From NCBI GenBank assembly GCA_021810565.1, contig JAJZIM010000008.1, forward strand, positions 7,883 through 71,882: a DNA stretch of 64,000 nucleotides. The letters run 5' to 3'. A program made the position numbers and the translations under genes. Below, piece after piece: positions 20,865 to 32,825 of the stretch. Each line of letters opens with the position of its first letter. Position 1 is the stretch's first letter. Below the pieces are notes generated by a model, which had not been told where the DNA came from, did no database searches, and saw only the letters and a program-made list of their open reading frames with translations. The DNA comes from Bacillota bacterium (GTDB lineage: Bacteria; Bacillota; Sulfobacillia; JAJZIM01).

Positions 20865-21491
20865 TCACCGCGAGTACAGTTCCACGATCAGACGCTCCTG
20901 GATGGCGGCGTCCACGTCGGTGCGCTCCGGCAGGCGCACCACCCGCCCGGCCATGGCCTCGGCTTCCGCCTCCAGCCAGCCGGGGGTCTGCCTACCCTTG
21001 GTCGCCTCCGCGAGTTCCTTCAGGCGCGACACCTCGCGGCTCTTGTCGCGCACCGCCACCCGATCCGCCACCCGTACCTGAAAGGACGGGATATTGACCT
21101 TGCGCCCGTTCACCTGGAAGTGACCGTGGCGCACCAGCTGGCGCGCCTCCCGCCGGGAGCCGGCCAACCCCAGACGATAGACCACGTTGTCCAGGCGGCG
21201 CTCCAGGTAGGAGAGCAGGTTCTCCCCGGTCATCCCCTTGGCCCGCTCCGCCGTGGCGAAGTACTTGCGGAACTGGCGCTCCAGCACCCCGTACATGCGC
21301 TTGGTCTTCTGCTTCTCCCGCAGCTGCACCCCGTACTCGGACACCTTCTTGCGGCCCTGGCCGTGCTCGCCGGGGCCGTAGGCGTGTTTGTTCATGGGGC
21401 ACTTCTCCGTGTAGCAGCGGTCCGCCTTGAAGAAGAGCTTCACTCCCTCCCGGCGGCAAATGCGGCACACCGGACCCGTGTATCTGGCCAT
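20865..21491 (-). CDS. rpsD: 30S ribosomal protein S4 (Zn-binding type)
   Basis: [34 protein letters not shown]. Confidence 0.99.
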   Translation of the reverse strand: MARYTGPVCRICRREGVKLFFKADRCYTEKCPMNKHAYGPGEHGQGRKKVSEYGVQLREKQKTKRMYGVLERQFRKYFATAERAKGMTGENLLSYLERRLDNVVYRLGLAGSRREARQLVRHGHFQVNGRKVNIPSFQVRVADRVAVRDKSREVSRLKELAEATKGRQTPGWLEAEAEAMAGRVVRLPERTDVDAAIQERLIVELYSR

Positions 21492-21507
21492 CTACTCACC
21501 TCCTCCG

Positions 21508-21897
21508 TCAGACCCGCCGCCGCTTGGGGGGCCGGCAGCCGTTGTGGGGGATCGGGGTCACGTCCTTGATCATGTTCACTTCCAGCCCCGCCGCCTGCAG
21601 CGAGCGGATGGCCGCCTCGCGACCGGATCCGGGACCCTTCACCATGACCTCCACCTCCCGCAGGCCGTGCTCCATGGCCTCCCGGGCGGCCGCCTCCCCC
21701 GCCATCTGGGCGGCGTAGGGGGTGCTCTTGCGGGATCCCTTGAAGCCCTTGGTCCCGGCCGAGGCCCAGGCCAGGGTGTTGCCGGCCGGGTCGGAGATGG
21801 TCACGATGGTGTTGTTGAAGGTGGACCGGACGTGGGCGATGCCCCGCTCCACATGCTTCTTTTCCTTCTTCTTTCCGCGGACGCTCTTACGCGGCAT
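21508..21897 (-). CDS. rpsK: 30S ribosomal protein S11
   Basis: [32 protein letters not shown]. Confidence 0.99.
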   Translation of the reverse strand: MPRKSVRGKKKEKKHVERGIAHVRSTFNNTIVTISDPAGNTLAWASAGTKGFKGSRKSTPYAAQMAGEAAAREAMEHGLREVEVMVKGPGSGREAAIRSLQAAGLEVNMIKDVTPIPHNGCRPPKRRRV

Positions 21898-21915
21898 CAG
21901 TCATTCCCCTCCTCA

Positions 21916-22287
21916 TCACTTCTTCCGGCGCACTCCCACGGTGCGCCGCGGGCCCTTGCGGGTGCGGGCGTTGGTCTTGGTGCGCTGCCCGCGCACCGGC
22001 ATTCCCCGCCGGTGGCGAAGCCCCCGGTAGCAGCCGATGTCGATGAGGCGCCGGATGTTCAACTGCACCTCGGAGCGCAGCTCACCCTCCACCTTGTAGT
22101 GCTTGTCGATCTCCTCCCGCAACCGGGTGGCCTCGTCCTCCGTGAGGTTGCGCACCCGGGTGTCCGGGTTGATCCCCGTCCGGTCCAGGATCCTCCGGGC
22201 CAGGGACGACCCGATGCCGTATATGAGCGGCAGCGCCGCCTCCACCCGCTTCTCCCGGGGCAGGTCCACCCCTGCGATCCGTGCCAC
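21916..22287 (-). CDS. rpsM: 30S ribosomal protein S13
   Basis: [23 protein letters not shown]. Confidence 0.99.
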   Translation of the reverse strand: MARIAGVDLPREKRVEAALPLIYGIGSSLARRILDRTGINPDTRVRNLTEDEATRLREEIDKHYKVEGELRSEVQLNIRRLIDIGCYRGLRHRRGMPVRGQRTKTNARTRKGPRRTVGVRRKK

Positions 22288-22305
22288 TTCCCATTACCTC
22301 CCTCT

Positions 22306-22419
22306 TCAGCCTTGCCGCTGCTTGTGCTTGGGGTTCTCGCAAATCACGATCACCGTGCCGTGCCGGCGGATGATCTTGCATTTCTCGCACATCTTCTTCA
22401 CCGATGGCCGCACCTTCAT
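22306..22419 (-). CDS. rpmJ: 50S ribosomal protein L36
   Basis: Hand translation [37 protein letters not shown] (below track cutoff). Confidence 0.98.
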   Translation of the reverse strand: MKVRPSVKKMCEKCKIIRRHGTVIVICENPKHKQRQG

Positions 22420-22459
22420 CGTCCGCCACCTCCCTCCCGCTGACAGTGGGAAAAAGCCC

Positions 22460-22678
22460 TCACTTGAAGCGATATACGATGCGCCCCCGTGTCAGGTCGT
22501 AGGGAGACAGCTCCACGGTCACCCGGTCCCCCGGCAGGATCCGGATGAAATGCATGCGGATCTTCCCCGACACGTGCGCCAAAATCTTGTGTCCATTGGC
22601 CAACTCCACCCGGAACATCGCGTTGGGCAGCGGTTCGATCACCTTGCCCTCCACCTCGATGGTGTCATCCTTGGCCAT
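22460..22678 (-). CDS. infA: translation initiation factor IF-1
   Basis: [20 protein letters not shown]. Confidence 0.99.
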   Translation of the reverse strand: MAKDDTIEVEGKVIEPLPNAMFRVELANGHKILAHVSGKIRMHFIRILPGDRVTVELSPYDLTRGRIVYRFK

Positions 22679-22985
22679 TTTGCCCTTCCCCCCCTCTCCG
22701 GCTCAGCATCGCCTCCAGGGCCTTCCTTACCTCTTGATCGCTCACCCGCACCCCTGAAGCCAGCTTGACCTCCAGCTCGGGGGACACCTGGGCGTGGGCC
22801 ACCAGATGCAGCACGTTCTTGCGCTTGGCGCCCTCCAGCCGCCGGCGCTTCCCGTCGGCCACCCGGACGAAGCGCTCCCCCTCCCGCCCCACCACCAGGA
22901 ACCAGGATCCGGCGTCCCTTCCCGCCCGGGAGCTCACCAGCTCTCCCAGGCGCAGGTCAGAAGACCTGCGGGGCATAATTTCCAT
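22665..22985 (-). CDS. KOW-motif L14E/L6E/L27E-like RNA-binding protein
   Basis: [21 protein letters not shown]; usual map-infA position in Bacillota. Confidence 0.85.
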   Translation of the reverse strand: MEIMPRRSSDLRLGELVSSRAGRDAGSWFLVVGREGERFVRVADGKRRRLEGAKRKNVLHLVAHAQVSPELEVKLASGVRVSDQEVRKALEAMLSRRGGEGQNGQG

Positions 22986-23006
22986 TATCCCCCTTCCCTT
23001 CCCGCC

Positions 23007-23759
23007 CTATGCAGGGGCTGCAGTCAGGATCTCGGCCTCCCCCTCGGTCACGGCCACGGTGTGCTCGAAATGGGCGGAGAGGCTGCCGTCCGCGGTCACC
23101 GCCGTCCAGTGGTCGGGCCGCAGGGCCACCTCCCAGCCCCCGATGTTCACCATGGGCTCGATGGCCAGGGTCATCCCAGGACGCAGGCGCGGCCCCCGCC
23201 CCGGCGGTCCGAAGTTGGGGATCTGCGGCTCCTCGTGCATCGCCCGGCCGATGCCGTGGCCGACATAGTTGCGGACCACGGAGTAGCCGTGGGCCTCCAC
23301 AAACTGCTGCACCTCGTGGGAGACGTCGGAGAGCCGGTGGTCGGGCCGGACCACGGCGATGGCCCGCTCCAGGGCCTGTCGGGTCACCGCCAGCAGGCGC
23401 TGGGCCTCGGGGGAGATGCGGCCCACGGGGAAGGTGCAGGCGGCGTCGCCGTAGAAGCCGTTCCAGATCGCCCCTAGGTCGATGCTCACGATATCCCCCT
23501 CCCTAAGTCGGCGCGCTCCCGGGATGCCGTGGACCACCTCCTCGTTGACCGAGGTGCAGATGTGGGCGGGAAACTTCTGGTACCCCTTGAAGGCCGTCTG
23601 CGCCCCCTGGCTGCGGATGCTGTCCAGGGCCAAGAGCTCCAGTTCCCGGGTGGTCACTTCAGGGACCACCGCCTCCTGCAGCCGGGCCAGGGTGACGGCC
23701 ACGATGCGGCAGGCCTGGCGCATGAGGGTCAACTCCCGCTCCGACTTGAGGAAGATCAT
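23007..23759 (-). CDS. map: type I methionine aminopeptidase
   Basis: MIFLKSERE, SVNEEVVHGIP, GHGIG..MHEEP, SAHFEHT. Confidence 0.98.
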   Translation of the reverse strand: MIFLKSERELTLMRQACRIVAVTLARLQEAVVPEVTTRELELLALDSIRSQGAQTAFKGYQKFPAHICTSVNEEVVHGIPGARRLREGDIVSIDLGAIWNGFYGDAACTFPVGRISPEAQRLLAVTRQALERAIAVVRPDHRLSDVSHEVQQFVEAHGYSVVRNYVGHGIGRAMHEEPQIPNFGPPGRGPRLRPGMTLAIEPMVNIGGWEVALRPDHWTAVTADGSLSAHFEHTVAVTEGEAEILTAAPA

Positions 23760-24391
23760 CGCCCCAGGGCCGACGCGACCCGGTGGGACACCTCCTCCTC
23801 CGACCCGGTCCCGTCCACTTGGCGCAGCAGCCCGCGGTCCCGGTAGAACTGGGCCACCGGCGCGGTCTCCTGCCGATACACCTCCAGGCGGCGGCGCACC
23901 GTCTCCTCCCGGTCGTCGTCCCGCTGGTACAGCTCGCCGCCGCAACGGTCACAACGGCCGGGGATCCGGGGCGGGTGGAACTCCAGGTGGTAGACGGCAC
24001 CGCAGCTGCGGCACAGGCGCCGGGCGGTCAGGCGCCGCAGGATCAGCTCCTCGGGCACCTCCAGGAGGACCGCCGCGTCCAGCGGCGCCGCCAGGACCGC
24101 CAACTCCTCCTCCAGGGCCCGGGCCTGGGGCAGGGTGCGCGGGAAGCCGTCCAGGACGAAGCCCGTCTCCCCCTGCAGCCGCTCCCGCACCATCCCCACC
24201 ACCACCGCGTCGGGGACCAGTTCCCCCCGGTCCATGTAGGCCTGGGCCTCCCTCCCCAGCGGGGTGCCCTCCCGCACCGCCTGGCGGAACAGGTCGCCCG
24301 TGGACAGATGTGGTACGCCCAGGCGTCGGGCCAAAAGCGCCGCCTGGGTGCCTTTGCCGGCCCCCGGCGCTCCCAGAAAAAGCACACGCAT
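23756..24391 (-). CDS. adk: adenylate kinase (Zn-lid type)
   Basis: GAPGAGKGTQ, LDGFPRT, CxxC...CxxC lid. Confidence 0.99.
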   Translation of the reverse strand: MRVLFLGAPGAGKGTQAALLARRLGVPHLSTGDLFRQAVREGTPLGREAQAYMDRGELVPDAVVVGMVRERLQGETGFVLDGFPRTLPQARALEEELAVLAAPLDAAVLLEVPEELILRRLTARRLCRSCGAVYHLEFHPPRIPGRCDRCGGELYQRDDDREETVRRRLEVYRQETAPVAQFYRDRGLLRQVDGTGSEEEVSHRVASALGR

Positions 24392-24410
24392 CCTGCCCTT
24401 GTTCTCCTCC

Positions 24411-25685
24411 TTACCGCAAGAAGCCTTGGTAATGGCGCATGAGCAGGTGCGCCTCGATCTGCTTCATGGTCTCCAGGGCCACGCCCACCACGATCAAGAG
24501 CGCCGTGCCGCCGAAATACATCTGCAGGCCCGTCAGGTCGGTGAGGAAGTTGGGCAGCACCGCGATGAGGCCCAGGAACACCGCCCCCACCAGGGTGACC
24601 CGCACCATGATCCGCTCCAGGAACTGGGCGGTGGGCTTGCCCGGCCGGATCCCCGGCACGAACCCGCCGTACTTCTTCATGTTCTCCGCCACGTCCTTGG
24701 GGTTGAAGACCACCGCGGTGTAGAAGTAGGTGAAGAAGAAGACCAGCAGGAACTCTCCGGCGATGTAGGGGGCGCTGCCGAAGGACAGGTACCCCAGCAG
24801 GTTCTGCGCCCACGGGGCGTGGATGAACTGGGCCAGGGTCACGGGGAACATCATGATGGAGATGGCGAAGATCACCGGGATGACCCCCGCGGAGTTGACC
24901 TTCAAGGGGATGTGGGTGGTCTGCCCCCCGTAGATCCGCCGTCCCACCACCCGCTTGGCGTACTGGACCGGGATGCGCCGCTGCGCCTCCTGGAAGAGCA
25001 CCACCACGGCGATGATGCCCACCGCCGCCAGGAGCAGGAGCCCGGCATCGAACCCGCTCAGGGTGCCGGCCCGCAGGTAGCGGAACATGTCCTCGGCCCC
25101 CAGGGGGATCTGGGACACGATCCCCGCGAAGATGATCAAGGAGATGCCGTTGCCGATGCCCCGGTCGGTGATCATCTCCCCCAGCCACATCAGGAAGGCG
25201 GTGCCCGCCGTGAGGGACAAGGTGGACAGGACGACGGCCAGGATCCCCGGATGGTAGAAGGAGCCGGGGAGCCGGGAAACCCCCATGGTGATCCCGAAGG
25301 CCTCCACCAGGCCCAGGATGATGGTGCCGTAGCGGGTGTACTGGGTGATCTTCTTGCGCCCCTCCTCCCCCTCCTTGGCCAGCTGCTCCAGTTTGGGGAA
25401 GACCACCGTCAACAGCTGCATGATGATGGAGGCGTTGATGTAGGGCGTGATGCTCATGGCCAACACCGAGAAGGAGAAGAAGGCGCCGCCGGAAAACATG
25501 TTCAAGAGGCCGAAGAAGCCGCCGCCGGTGGTGAAGAACTTCTCCACCACCGCCTGGTTCACCCCCGGCACCGGGATATGGGAGCCGATGCGGAATACCA
25601 GGAACATGTAGGCGGTGAAGAGGATCCTTCTTCTCAGATCCCCCACCTTCATGGCGCTTTGCAGGGTGTTCAGCATCGCCGCCAT
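24411..25685 (-). CDS. secY: preprotein translocase subunit SecY
   Basis: ITPYINASII, GIGNGISLIIF, IPGIRPG-like motif, GGTALLIVVGV. Confidence 0.99.
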   Translation of the reverse strand: MAAMLNTLQSAMKVGDLRRRILFTAYMFLVFRIGSHIPVPGVNQAVVEKFFTTGGGFFGLLNMFSGGAFFSFSVLAMSITPYINASIIMQLLTVVFPKLEQLAKEGEEGRKKITQYTRYGTIILGLVEAFGITMGVSRLPGSFYHPGILAVVLSTLSLTAGTAFLMWLGEMITDRGIGNGISLIIFAGIVSQIPLGAEDMFRYLRAGTLSGFDAGLLLLAAVGIIAVVVLFQEAQRRIPVQYAKRVVGRRIYGGQTTHIPLKVNSAGVIPVIFAISIMMFPVTLAQFIHAPWAQNLLGYLSFGSAPYIAGEFLLVFFFTYFYTAVVFNPKDVAENMKKYGGFVPGIRPGKPTAQFLERIMVRVTLVGAVFLGLIAVLPNFLTDLTGLQMYFGGTALLIVVGVALETMKQIEAHLLMRHYQGFLR

Positions 25686-25689
25686 GGGC

Positions 25690-26139
25690 TCAGATCACCT
25701 CCACTTTGCCCCCGGCCGCCTCGATCTTCTCCCGCGCGGCGCGGGAAAAGGCATGGGCGCGCACGGTGAGGGGCCGATCCAGCTCACCCCCGCCCAGGAT
25801 CTTCACCCCGTCCCGCAAGGAGCGCAAGGTGCCGGTGGCCAGCAGGCTCTCGGGGCTGACCTCGCTGCCGGCCGGGAATTTCCCCAGACGCTCCAGGTTC
25901 ACCGTGGCATACTCGGTGCGGAAGATGTTGGTGAAGCCCCGCTTGGGCAGTCGCCGCTGCAGCGGCATCTGGCCTCCCTCGAAACCCGGACGCAGGCTGG
26001 CTCCGGCGCGGGCCTTCTGGCCCTTGTGGCCCTTGCCCGCCGTCTTGCCCAGGCCCGAGCCCACTCCCCGGCCCACCCGCTTGCGCTCCCGACGCGCCCC
26101 CGCCGGCGCACCCAGGTCATGCACCTGCACGGCCGTCAT
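25690..26139 (-). CDS. rplO: 50S ribosomal protein L15
   Basis: [27 protein letters not shown]. Confidence 0.98.
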   Translation of the reverse strand: MTAVQVHDLGAPAGARRERKRVGRGVGSGLGKTAGKGHKGQKARAGASLRPGFEGGQMPLQRRLPKRGFTNIFRTEYATVNLERLGKFPAGSEVSPESLLATGTLRSLRDGVKILGGGELDRPLTVRAHAFSRAAREKIEAAGGKVEVI

Positions 26140-26317
26140 CTCCTTCCGATTGCTCCACGCGCACCAGGTGGTCCACCTTGCGCAGCATGCCCCGCACCGT
26201 GGCGTCGTCGGGCCGCAGCACGCTCTGGCCGATGCGCCTGAGGCCCAAGGAACGCAGGGTGTCCCGCTGGCGCCGGGGGTACCCGATGCAACTTCTCACC
26301 CAGGTTATATGCAGCAT
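26117..26317 (-). CDS. rpmD: 50S ribosomal protein L30
   Basis: [35 protein letters not shown]; start uncertain. Confidence 0.93.
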   Translation of the reverse strand: MLHITWVRSCIGYPRRQRDTLRSLGLRRIGQSVLRPDDATVRGMLRKVDHLVRVEQSEGDDGRAGA

Positions 26318-26363
26318 TGACAACGGCCTTCGCCTTCGCTCCTTTCGGGAACCCGCCATCCCG

Positions 26364-26876
26364 TCATGCCGGTTCGACCTGGGTCACCCGCTCCGTCGCC
26401 TTGCCCCGCAGCGCGGCCACCTCCTCGGCGCTCTTGAGGCCCTTTAGCGCCGCAATGGCCGCGTGCACCACGTTGTGGGGCGACCGGGAGCCCAGGGACT
26501 TGGTCAACACGTCCCGCAGTCCCCCCAGCTCCATCACCGCCCGCACGGTTTCCCCGGCGATCACCCCGGTGCCGGGGGAGGCGGGCCGCACCAGCACCTG
26601 GCCGGCGCCGAAATGTCCCAGCATCGCGTGGGGCACCGTGGTCCCCACCCGGGGCACCCGGACCAGATGCTTCTTGGCGTCCTCGATCCCCTTCTTGATG
26701 GCGTCGGGGATCTCCGAGGCCTTGCCCAGCCCCGCTCCCACGCAGCTCTCGCCGTCTCCGACCACCACCAGCACGCTGAAGGAGAAGCGGCGTCCCCCCT
26801 TCACCACCTTGGCCACCCGGTTGATGGAGACCACCTTCTCCTTCAACTCCAGCTTGGCCGGATCGATCTTGCCCAT
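26364..26876 (-). CDS. rpsE: 30S ribosomal protein S5
   Basis: [25 protein letters not shown]. Confidence 0.98.
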   Translation of the reverse strand: MGKIDPAKLELKEKVVSINRVAKVVKGGRRFSFSVLVVVGDGESCVGAGLGKASEIPDAIKKGIEDAKKHLVRVPRVGTTVPHAMLGHFGAGQVLVRPASPGTGVIAGETVRAVMELGGLRDVLTKSLGSRSPHNVVHAAIAALKGLKSAEEVAALRGKATERVTQVEPA

Positions 26877-26893
26877 CCTCCTCGTCACCCCCT

Positions 26894-27262
26894 TTAGAAC
26901 TCGAGTCCGCCCTGACGCGCCCCCTCGGCCAGGGCCGCCACCCGGCCGTGGTAGAGGTAGCCTCCCCGGTCGAAGACCACGGCGCTGATGCCCAGCTCCC
27001 TGGCCCGCCGCGCCAAAAGATCCCCCACCGCCCGGGCCACGGCCACCTTGCCGCCCTCCGGCTGCTTCCCCCGCAGCTCCGGCTCCAGGCTGGAGGCCCC
27101 CACCAGGGTGCGGCCCTCGCCGTCCAGGATGAGCTGGGCGTAGATGTGCCGCGCGCTACGGAAAACGGACAGCCGCGGCCGCCCCGCCGTGCCGCAAAGC
27201 TTGCGGCGCACCCGCCGGTGCCGGCGGTCCCGGGCCTCCCGGCGATCTTCCTGCTTGAACAT
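26894..27262 (-). CDS. rplR: 50S ribosomal protein L18
   Basis: [21 protein letters not shown]. Confidence 0.98.
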   Translation of the reverse strand: MFKQEDRREARDRRHRRVRRKLCGTAGRPRLSVFRSARHIYAQLILDGEGRTLVGASSLEPELRGKQPEGGKVAVARAVGDLLARRARELGISAVVFDRGGYLYHGRVAALAEGARQGGLEF

Positions 27263-27276
27263 GTCTCGGCGTCCCC

Positions 27277-27816
27277 CTATTTCTTCCCCGTCTTGCCCAC
27301 CTTGCGGCGGACGACCTCCCCCGCGTAGCGGATCCCCTTGCCCTTGTAGGGCTCGGGCGGACGAACCTCCCGGATCCTCGCCGCCAGCTGTCCCACCAGC
27401 TCCTTGTCGTTCCCCTTGACCTGCACGGTGGTGGGGTTGGGCACCTCGATGGCGATGCCCTCCGGCGGAGCGATCTCCACGGGATGGGAGTAGCCCACGG
27501 TGAGCACCAGCCGGTCGCCCTGCTTGGCCGCCCGGTAGCCCACGCCGGCCAGCTCCAGGTTTTTCTGGAAGCCCGCCGTCACCCCCTGGACCATGTTCTG
27601 GATCAGGCTGCGGGTGAGCCCGTGCAGGGACCGGTGCAGTTTTCCGTCCGTGGGGCGCAGGACCAGGATCTGATCGGGCCGTATCTCCACGCGCATCTCC
27701 GGATGCAGCTTGCGCTCCAAAAGCCCGCGGGGACCGCGGACGGTGAGCCGATGTTCCGCCAACTGCACCTCGACCCCCGGCGGCAGCGCCACCGGCTGTT
27801 TACCCACGCGCGACAA
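27277..27816 (-). CDS. rplF: 50S ribosomal protein L6
   Basis: [25 protein letters not shown]. Confidence 0.98.
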   Translation of the reverse strand: MSRVGKQPVALPPGVEVQLAEHRLTVRGPRGLLERKLHPEMRVEIRPDQILVLRPTDGKLHRSLHGLTRSLIQNMVQGVTAGFQKNLELAGVGYRAAKQGDRLVLTVGYSHPVEIAPPEGIAIEVPNPTTVQVKGNDKELVGQLAARIREVRPPEPYKGKGIRYAGEVVRRKVGKTGKK

Positions 27817-27831
27817 GCCCTCCACCTCCTC

Positions 27832-28227
27832 CTACCAGATGTAGCAGAGCACCTCGCCGCCCACGCCCAGGCGCCGGGCCTCCTTGTCCGTCACGATGCC
27901 GCGGGAGGTGGACAGCACCGCCACGCCCAATCCCCCCAACACGCGGGGGATCTGATCCTTGCGGGCGTACACCCGAAGACCCGGACGGCTGATCCGCTTC
28001 AGCCCGCCGATGACCTTGGCCTTGTCCGCCCCGTACTTCAGGTGCATCCGCAGGACCCCCTGCTTGCCATCGTCCACCCACTCGTAGTCCCGGACGAAGC
28101 CCTCCTCCTTGAGGATGGCCGCCATGGCGCGCTTCACCCGGGAGCCGGGGATCTCCACCTTCTCGTGGCCCGCCCCGCTGGCGTTTCTGATCCGGGTCAG
28201 CATATCCGCGATGGGATCCGTAGTCAT
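27832..28227 (-). CDS. rpsH: 30S ribosomal protein S8
   Basis: [30 protein letters not shown]. Confidence 0.99.
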   Translation of the reverse strand: MTTDPIADMLTRIRNASGAGHEKVEIPGSRVKRAMAAILKEEGFVRDYEWVDDGKQGVLRMHLKYGADKAKVIGGLKRISRPGLRVYARKDQIPRVLGGLGVAVLSTSRGIVTDKEARRLGVGGEVLCYIW

Positions 28228-28249
28228 GAGCTTCCCCTCCCCTCGTGCC

Positions 28250-28435
28250 TCACCAACTGGCCTTGCGCACGCCGGGGATCTCGCCCCGGTGGGCCCGCTC
28301 CCTAAAGCACAGCCGGCACATCCCGAACTGGCGCATGAAGCCGTGCGGCCGCCCGCAGATCCGGCACCGATTGTAGGCGCGAACCTTGAATTTGGGCGAA
28401 CGCTGGGACTTTTCGATCAGAGCCTTCTTGGCCAC
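28250..28435 (-). CDS. rpsZ: 30S ribosomal protein S14 type Z (Zn-binding, 61 aa)
   Basis: GTG start AKKALI; [27 protein letters not shown]. Confidence 0.97.
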   Translation of the reverse strand: MAKKALIEKSQRSPKFKVRAYNRCRICGRPHGFMRQFGMCRLCFRERAHRGEIPGVRKASW

Positions 28436-28446
28436 GTTTCTCCCCC

Positions 28447-28986
28447 CTAATCCCGGAAGGGCATCCCGAGGAGCCGCAACAGCTCGTGGGCCTCCTCGTC
28501 GCTCTTGGCCGTGGTGACGATGCAGACGTCCATGCCGCGGACCTTGTCGATCTTGTCGTAGTCTATCTCCGGAAAGATCAGCTGCTCCTTGAGCCCCAGG
28601 GAGTAGTTCCCCCGACCGTCGAAGCCCCGCGTGGACAGTCCCCGAAAATCGCGCACCCGCGGCAGGGCCAGGTTGATCAGCCGGTCCAAAAAGTCGTACA
28701 TGCGCTTGCCCCGGATGGTCACCCGGCAGCCGATGGGCATCCCCTTGCGCACCCGGAATGCGGCGATGGAGTGCTTGGCCCGGGTCACGGCCGGTCGCTG
28801 CCCGGTGATGAGCGCCAGGTCCTCCGCCGCCGCGTCCAGGGACTTGGGAGTCTGGGTGGCCTCCCCCACGCCCATGTTCACCACGACCTTGGCCACGCCG
28901 GGCACCTGCATCACGTTGCGGTACCCGAAGCGCTGCATCAGGGAGGAGACCACTTCCGTCCGGTATTTCTCCTGTAGCCTCGGCAC
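28447..28986 (-). CDS. rplE: 50S ribosomal protein L5
   Basis: [23 protein letters not shown]. Confidence 0.99.
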   Translation of the reverse strand: MPRLQEKYRTEVVSSLMQRFGYRNVMQVPGVAKVVVNMGVGEATQTPKSLDAAAEDLALITGQRPAVTRAKHSIAAFRVRKGMPIGCRVTIRGKRMYDFLDRLINLALPRVRDFRGLSTRGFDGRGNYSLGLKEQLIFPEIDYDKIDKVRGMDVCIVTTAKSDEEAHELLRLLGMPFRD

Positions 28987-29001
28987 CTTGCGAATTCCCC
29001 C

Positions 29002-29316
29002 CTAACGATCCACGATCTCGCCGCAGCGCCGGCAGACCCGGGCGCTGGATCCGTCTTCCAGCAGGAGCCGCTTGACTCTGGTGGGCCGGTCGCACTTGGG
29101 GCACACCAGCATCACGTTGGATCCCGGCAGCGGGGCCTCCTTGTCGATGATGCCGCCCTGCATGACCTTGGGCGTGACCCGCTGATGCTTCTTCATCACG
29201 TTGATGCCCTCCACCAGGACCTTGCCCTTTCCCGGGAACGAGCGCAGCACCTTCCCGCGCTTGCCCAGGTCCTTGCCGGTGAGCACCTGCACCGTATCGC
29301 CTTTCTTCAAATGCAT
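29002..29316 (-). CDS. rplX: 50S ribosomal protein L24
   Basis: [22 protein letters not shown]. Confidence 0.98.
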   Translation of the reverse strand: MHLKKGDTVQVLTGKDLGKRGKVLRSFPGKGKVLVEGINVMKKHQRVTPKVMQGGIIDKEAPLPGSNVMLVCPKCDRPTRVKRLLLEDGSSARVCRRCGEIVDR

Positions 29317-29327
29317 CGGCGTCCCTC

Positions 29328-29696
29328 CTAAAGGACTTCCGGAGCCAGGGAGATGATCTTCATGAACTCGCGCTCCCTAAGCTCCCGGGCCACCGGCCCG
29401 AAGATGCGCGTCCCCCGCGGTTCCCGCTCGTCCCGCAGGATCACCGCCGCGTTGTCGTCGAAGCGGATGAAGGTGCCGTCCGACCGGGCCAGCCCCTTGT
29501 GGGAGCGCACCACCACGGCCCGCACCACGTCGCCCTTCTTCACCACCCCGCCCGGGGAGGCCACCTTCACCGCCGCCACGATGGTGTCGCCGATGTTGGC
29601 GTAGCGGCGGAAGGATCCCCCCAGGACGCGGATGCACATGAGCTCCTTGGCCCCGGTGTTGTCGGCCACCGTTAGGCGCGTCTGCGTCTGGATCAC
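29328..29696 (-). CDS. rplN: 50S ribosomal protein L14
   Basis: [27 protein letters not shown]. Confidence 0.99.
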   Translation of the reverse strand: MIQTQTRLTVADNTGAKELMCIRVLGGSFRRYANIGDTIVAAVKVASPGGVVKKGDVVRAVVVRSHKGLARSDGTFIRFDDNAAVILRDEREPRGTRIFGPVARELREREFMKIISLAPEVL

Positions 29697-29711
29697 CGGG
29701 TCCCCCCCCTT

Positions 29712-29972
29712 CTAAACCTGCGGGCGCTCCAGGATCTTCACCACCCGCCAGCGCTTGTCCTTGGACAGCGGCCGGGTCTCCTCCATCCGCACCGTGTCGC
29801 CCACCCGGCAGGCATTCTCCGGGTCGTGGGCCTTGTACCGGGCGGTGCGGCGGATCCGGCGCCCGTACAGCGGATGCGTGGTTATGCGCTCCACCGCCAC
29901 CACCACGGTTTTGTCCATCTTGTCGCTGACCACTCGACCCACCCGGGTCTTGCGCAAGCCTTGCGCCTCCAT
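29712..29972 (-). CDS. rpsQ: 30S ribosomal protein S17
   Basis: [23 protein letters not shown]. Confidence 0.99.
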   Translation of the reverse strand: MEAQGLRKTRVGRVVSDKMDKTVVVAVERITTHPLYGRRIRRTARYKAHDPENACRVGDTVRMEETRPLSKDKRWRVVKILERPQV

Positions 29973-29986
29973 CGCCTCGCCCCCTC

Positions 29987-30187
29987 TCAGGCTTCCCTCG
30001 CCAACTCCCGCTCCCGAAGGACCGTCTTAACCCGCGCGATATGCCGCTTCACATCCCGGATCCGCATCGCGTTGTCCAGTTGGCCCATGGCCAGCTGGAA
30101 GCGCAGGTTGAAGAGTTCCGTCTTCAGGTTGGACAGCTTCTCCGACAGTTCCGGTTCGGAGAGGCTATGCACCTCCCTGGCTTTCAT
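29987..30187 (-). CDS. rpmC: 50S ribosomal protein L29
   Basis: [20 protein letters not shown]. Confidence 0.98.
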   Translation of the reverse strand: MKAREVHSLSEPELSEKLSNLKTELFNLRFQLAMGQLDNAMRIRDVKRHIARVKTVLRERELAREA

Positions 30188-30605
30188 GGACCTCCTCACC
30201 CTCTCTCTTGACGAACTTGGTCTTCACCGGCAGTTTCTGGGCCGCCAGGCGCATGGCCTCGCGGGCCACCTCCTCGGCCACCCCGGCCAACTCGAACATC
30301 ACCCGGCCCGGCTTCACCACCGCCACCCAGTACTCGGGCGAGCCCTTGCCGCTGCCCATCCGGGTCTCCGCCGGTTTGGTGGTGACCGGCTTGGAGGGGA
30401 AGATGGTGATCCACACCTTGCCGCCGCGGCGGATATGCCGGGTCAGGGCCACCCGGGCCGCCTCGATCTGTCGGTCCGTGATCCAGGCCGCCTCCAGGGA
30501 CTGCAGTCCGTACTCCCCCAGGGACACCTGGTTGCCCCGGATGGCGGTACCCTTCCGCCGCCCCCGCTGCACCTTGCGGTGTTTGACCCGCTTGGGCTGA
30601 AGCAT
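30165..30605 (-). CDS. rplP: 50S ribosomal protein L16
   Basis: [18 protein letters not shown]. Confidence 0.99.
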   Translation of the reverse strand: MLQPKRVKHRKVQRGRRKGTAIRGNQVSLGEYGLQSLEAAWITDRQIEAARVALTRHIRRGGKVWITIFPSKPVTTKPAETRMGSGKGSPEYWVAVVKPGRVMFELAGVAEEVAREAMRLAAQKLPVKTKFVKREGEEVHESQGGA

Positions 30606-30608
30606 ATC

Positions 30609-31331
30609 TCATTCCCCCCCGGCCAGCGGCGGCCGCTTGCCGCGCGGCGGCCGGCGGTTGTCCCGGCGTTCCCGCCGCGGCTGCTCCTCGGGCGGCGCCT
30701 GGCCGGGCACCACCTCGCCGCGATAGATCCACACCTTGACCCCGATCTGGCCGTAGGTGGTCTTGGCCTCGGTGAAGCCGTAGTCCACGTCGGCGCGCAG
30801 GGTGTGCAGCGGGACGCTGCCCTCCCAGTACCACTCGCGCCGGGACATCTCCGCCCCGCCCAGGCGCCCCGAGGTCATGACCTTGATCCCCTTGGCCCCC
30901 ATGCGCATGCTGCGGCCTACGGCCTGGCGCATGGCCCGCTTGAAGGAGATGCGCTTCTCCAAGGAGGAGGCCACGGACTCGGCCACCAGCTGGGCGTTGA
31001 GTTCCGGAGAGCGCACCTCGACGATGTTCACCGACACGTGCTTGCCCGTGAGCGCCTCCAGGTTCCGGCGCAGGGCCTCCACCCCGCCGCCGCCCTTGCC
31101 GATGACCACCCCGGGCTTGGCCGTGTGCAGGGTCACCTTGACCCGGTTGGCCGCGCGCTCGATCTCCACCTGAGGCACCCCCGCCTGGCGCACTTGGGAG
31201 AGGACGTAGCCGCGCAGGCGAATGTCCTCGTGCAACAGGTCCGCAAAGTCGCGCTTTCTGGCGTACCACTTGGCGTCCCAGTCCCGGATGATCCCCAGGC
31301 GCAGCCCCTTGGGATGTATCTTCTGTCCCAT
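30609..31331 (-). CDS. rpsC: 30S ribosomal protein S3
   Basis: [31 protein letters not shown]. Confidence 0.99.
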   Translation of the reverse strand: MGQKIHPKGLRLGIIRDWDAKWYARKRDFADLLHEDIRLRGYVLSQVRQAGVPQVEIERAANRVKVTLHTAKPGVVIGKGGGGVEALRRNLEALTGKHVSVNIVEVRSPELNAQLVAESVASSLEKRISFKRAMRQAVGRSMRMGAKGIKVMTSGRLGGAEMSRREWYWEGSVPLHTLRADVDYGFTEAKTTYGQIGVKVWIYRGEVVPGQAPPEEQPRRERRDNRRPPRGKRPPLAGGE

Positions 31332-31332
31332 G

Positions 31333-31683
31333 TCAGCTCCTCTCCCGCACCACTACGGTGACGTGGCTCGAGCGCTTCAGGATCGGGAAGGCCTGCCCCC
31401 GCTGGCGCGGATGGACCCGCTTCATGGTCGGCCCCGCGTCCACGAAGGCCCGGGCCACGTAGAGGGATCCCTCGTCCAGGTCCAGGTTGTGGACGGCGTT
31501 GGCCACCGCGGAGCGCAGGGTCTTCTCCACCACCCGGGCTCCCGCCTTGGGCACGAACTTCAGGATGGCCCGGGCCTCCTCCACCCGCTTGCCCCGGATC
31601 AGGTCCACCACCACCCGCACCTTGCGCGGGGCGATGCGCACGTAGCGCGCGTGCGCCGCCGCCTGCGTCTCTTCGTCCGCCAT
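31333..31683 (-). CDS. rplV: 50S ribosomal protein L22
   Basis: [30 protein letters not shown]. Confidence 0.98.
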   Translation of the reverse strand: MADEETQAAAHARYVRIAPRKVRVVVDLIRGKRVEEARAILKFVPKAGARVVEKTLRSAVANAVHNLDLDEGSLYVARAFVDAGPTMKRVHPRQRGQAFPILKRSSHVTVVVRERS

Positions 31684-31696
31684 CGGATTCCCCCCC

Positions 31697-31981
31697 CTAC
31701 TTCAGGGCCGTGGAGCGCTCGGTGTGCGCTCCGTGCCCCCGGAAGGTCCGGGTGGGCGCAAACTCCCCCAGCTTGTGCCCCACCATGTCCTCGTTGACGT
31801 ACACCGGAACGTGCTTGCGACCATCATAAACCGCCAGGGTGTGCCCCACCATTTCGGGGACCACGGTGGAAGCCCTGGCCCAGGTCTTGAGCACCCGCTT
31901 CTCGCCCTTCTGGTTCATCAGCTCCACTTTGCGCAACAGGTTCTGGTCCACATAGGGACCCTTCTTGACCGAACGGCTCAA
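31697..31981 (-). CDS. rpsS: 30S ribosomal protein S19
   Basis: [20 protein letters not shown]. Confidence 0.99.
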   Translation of the reverse strand: MSRSVKKGPYVDQNLLRKVELMNQKGEKRVLKTWARASTVVPEMVGHTLAVYDGRKHVPVYVNEDMVGHKLGEFAPTRTFRGHGAHTERSTALK

Positions 31982-31994
31982 GAGCCTTCCCTCC

Positions 31995-32822
31995 TCACTT
32001 CCGCCGTTTGACGATGTACTTGTCGGAGTCCTTCTGCTTCTTGCGGGTCTTGTAGCCCAAGGTCGGCTTGCCCCAGGGCGTCACCGGCGACTTGCGTCCC
32101 ACCGGCGCCTTGCCCTCGCCGCCGCCGTGGGGATGGTCCACGGGGTTCATGGCCACGCCGCGCACGGCGGGGCGCTTGCCCTGCCAGCGGGAGCGGCCCG
32201 CCTTGCCGTAGGAGATGTTCTCATGGTCCAGGTTACCCACCTGGCCCACCGTGGCCCGGCAGGTCTCGAGCACCCGGCGCTGCTCTCCGGAGGGCAGGCG
32301 CAACAGGGCGTAGCCGCCCTCCCGGGCCATGATCTGGGCCGCCGCCCCGGCGGAGCGGACGATCTGGCCGCCCTTGCCCGGTTTGAGCTCCAGGTTGTGC
32401 ACCATGGTCCCGATGGGGATGTTCTTGAGGGGCAGGCAGTTGCCGGGGCGGATGTCCGCCGCGGGTCCGGAGGCGACCCGATCCCCCACCCCCAGGCCCA
32501 CGGGGGCCAGGATGTAGCGCTTCTCGCCGTCGGCGTAGATCAAAAGGGCGATGCGGGCCGAGCGGTTGGGGTCGTACTCCACCGCGGCCACCCGGGCCGG
32601 CACACCCTCCTTCTCCCGCTTGAAATCGATGATCCGGTAGCTTTGCTTGTGGCCGCCGCCGCGGTGGCGCACCGTCTGGCGGCCCTGGTTGTTGCGTCCG
32701 CCCCGCTCCGACAGGGGGCCCACCAGGGATTTCTCCGGCGTGCTCCGGGTCAGCTCCTCGAAGGTGGAGACGGTCTTCTGGCGCACCCCCGGCGACGTCG
32801 GCTTGAACTTCTTCAGGGCCAA
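31995..32822 (-). CDS. rplB: 50S ribosomal protein L2
   Basis: [21 protein letters not shown]. Confidence 0.99.
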   Translation of the reverse strand: MALKKFKPTSPGVRQKTVSTFEELTRSTPEKSLVGPLSERGGRNNQGRQTVRHRGGGHKQSYRIIDFKREKEGVPARVAAVEYDPNRSARIALLIYADGEKRYILAPVGLGVGDRVASGPAADIRPGNCLPLKNIPIGTMVHNLELKPGKGGQIVRSAGAAAQIMAREGGYALLRLPSGEQRRVLETCRATVGQVGNLDHENISYGKAGRSRWQGKRPAVRGVAMNPVDHPHGGGEGKAPVGRKSPVTPWGKPTLGYKTRKKQKDSDKYIVKRRK

Positions 32823-32825
32823 GAC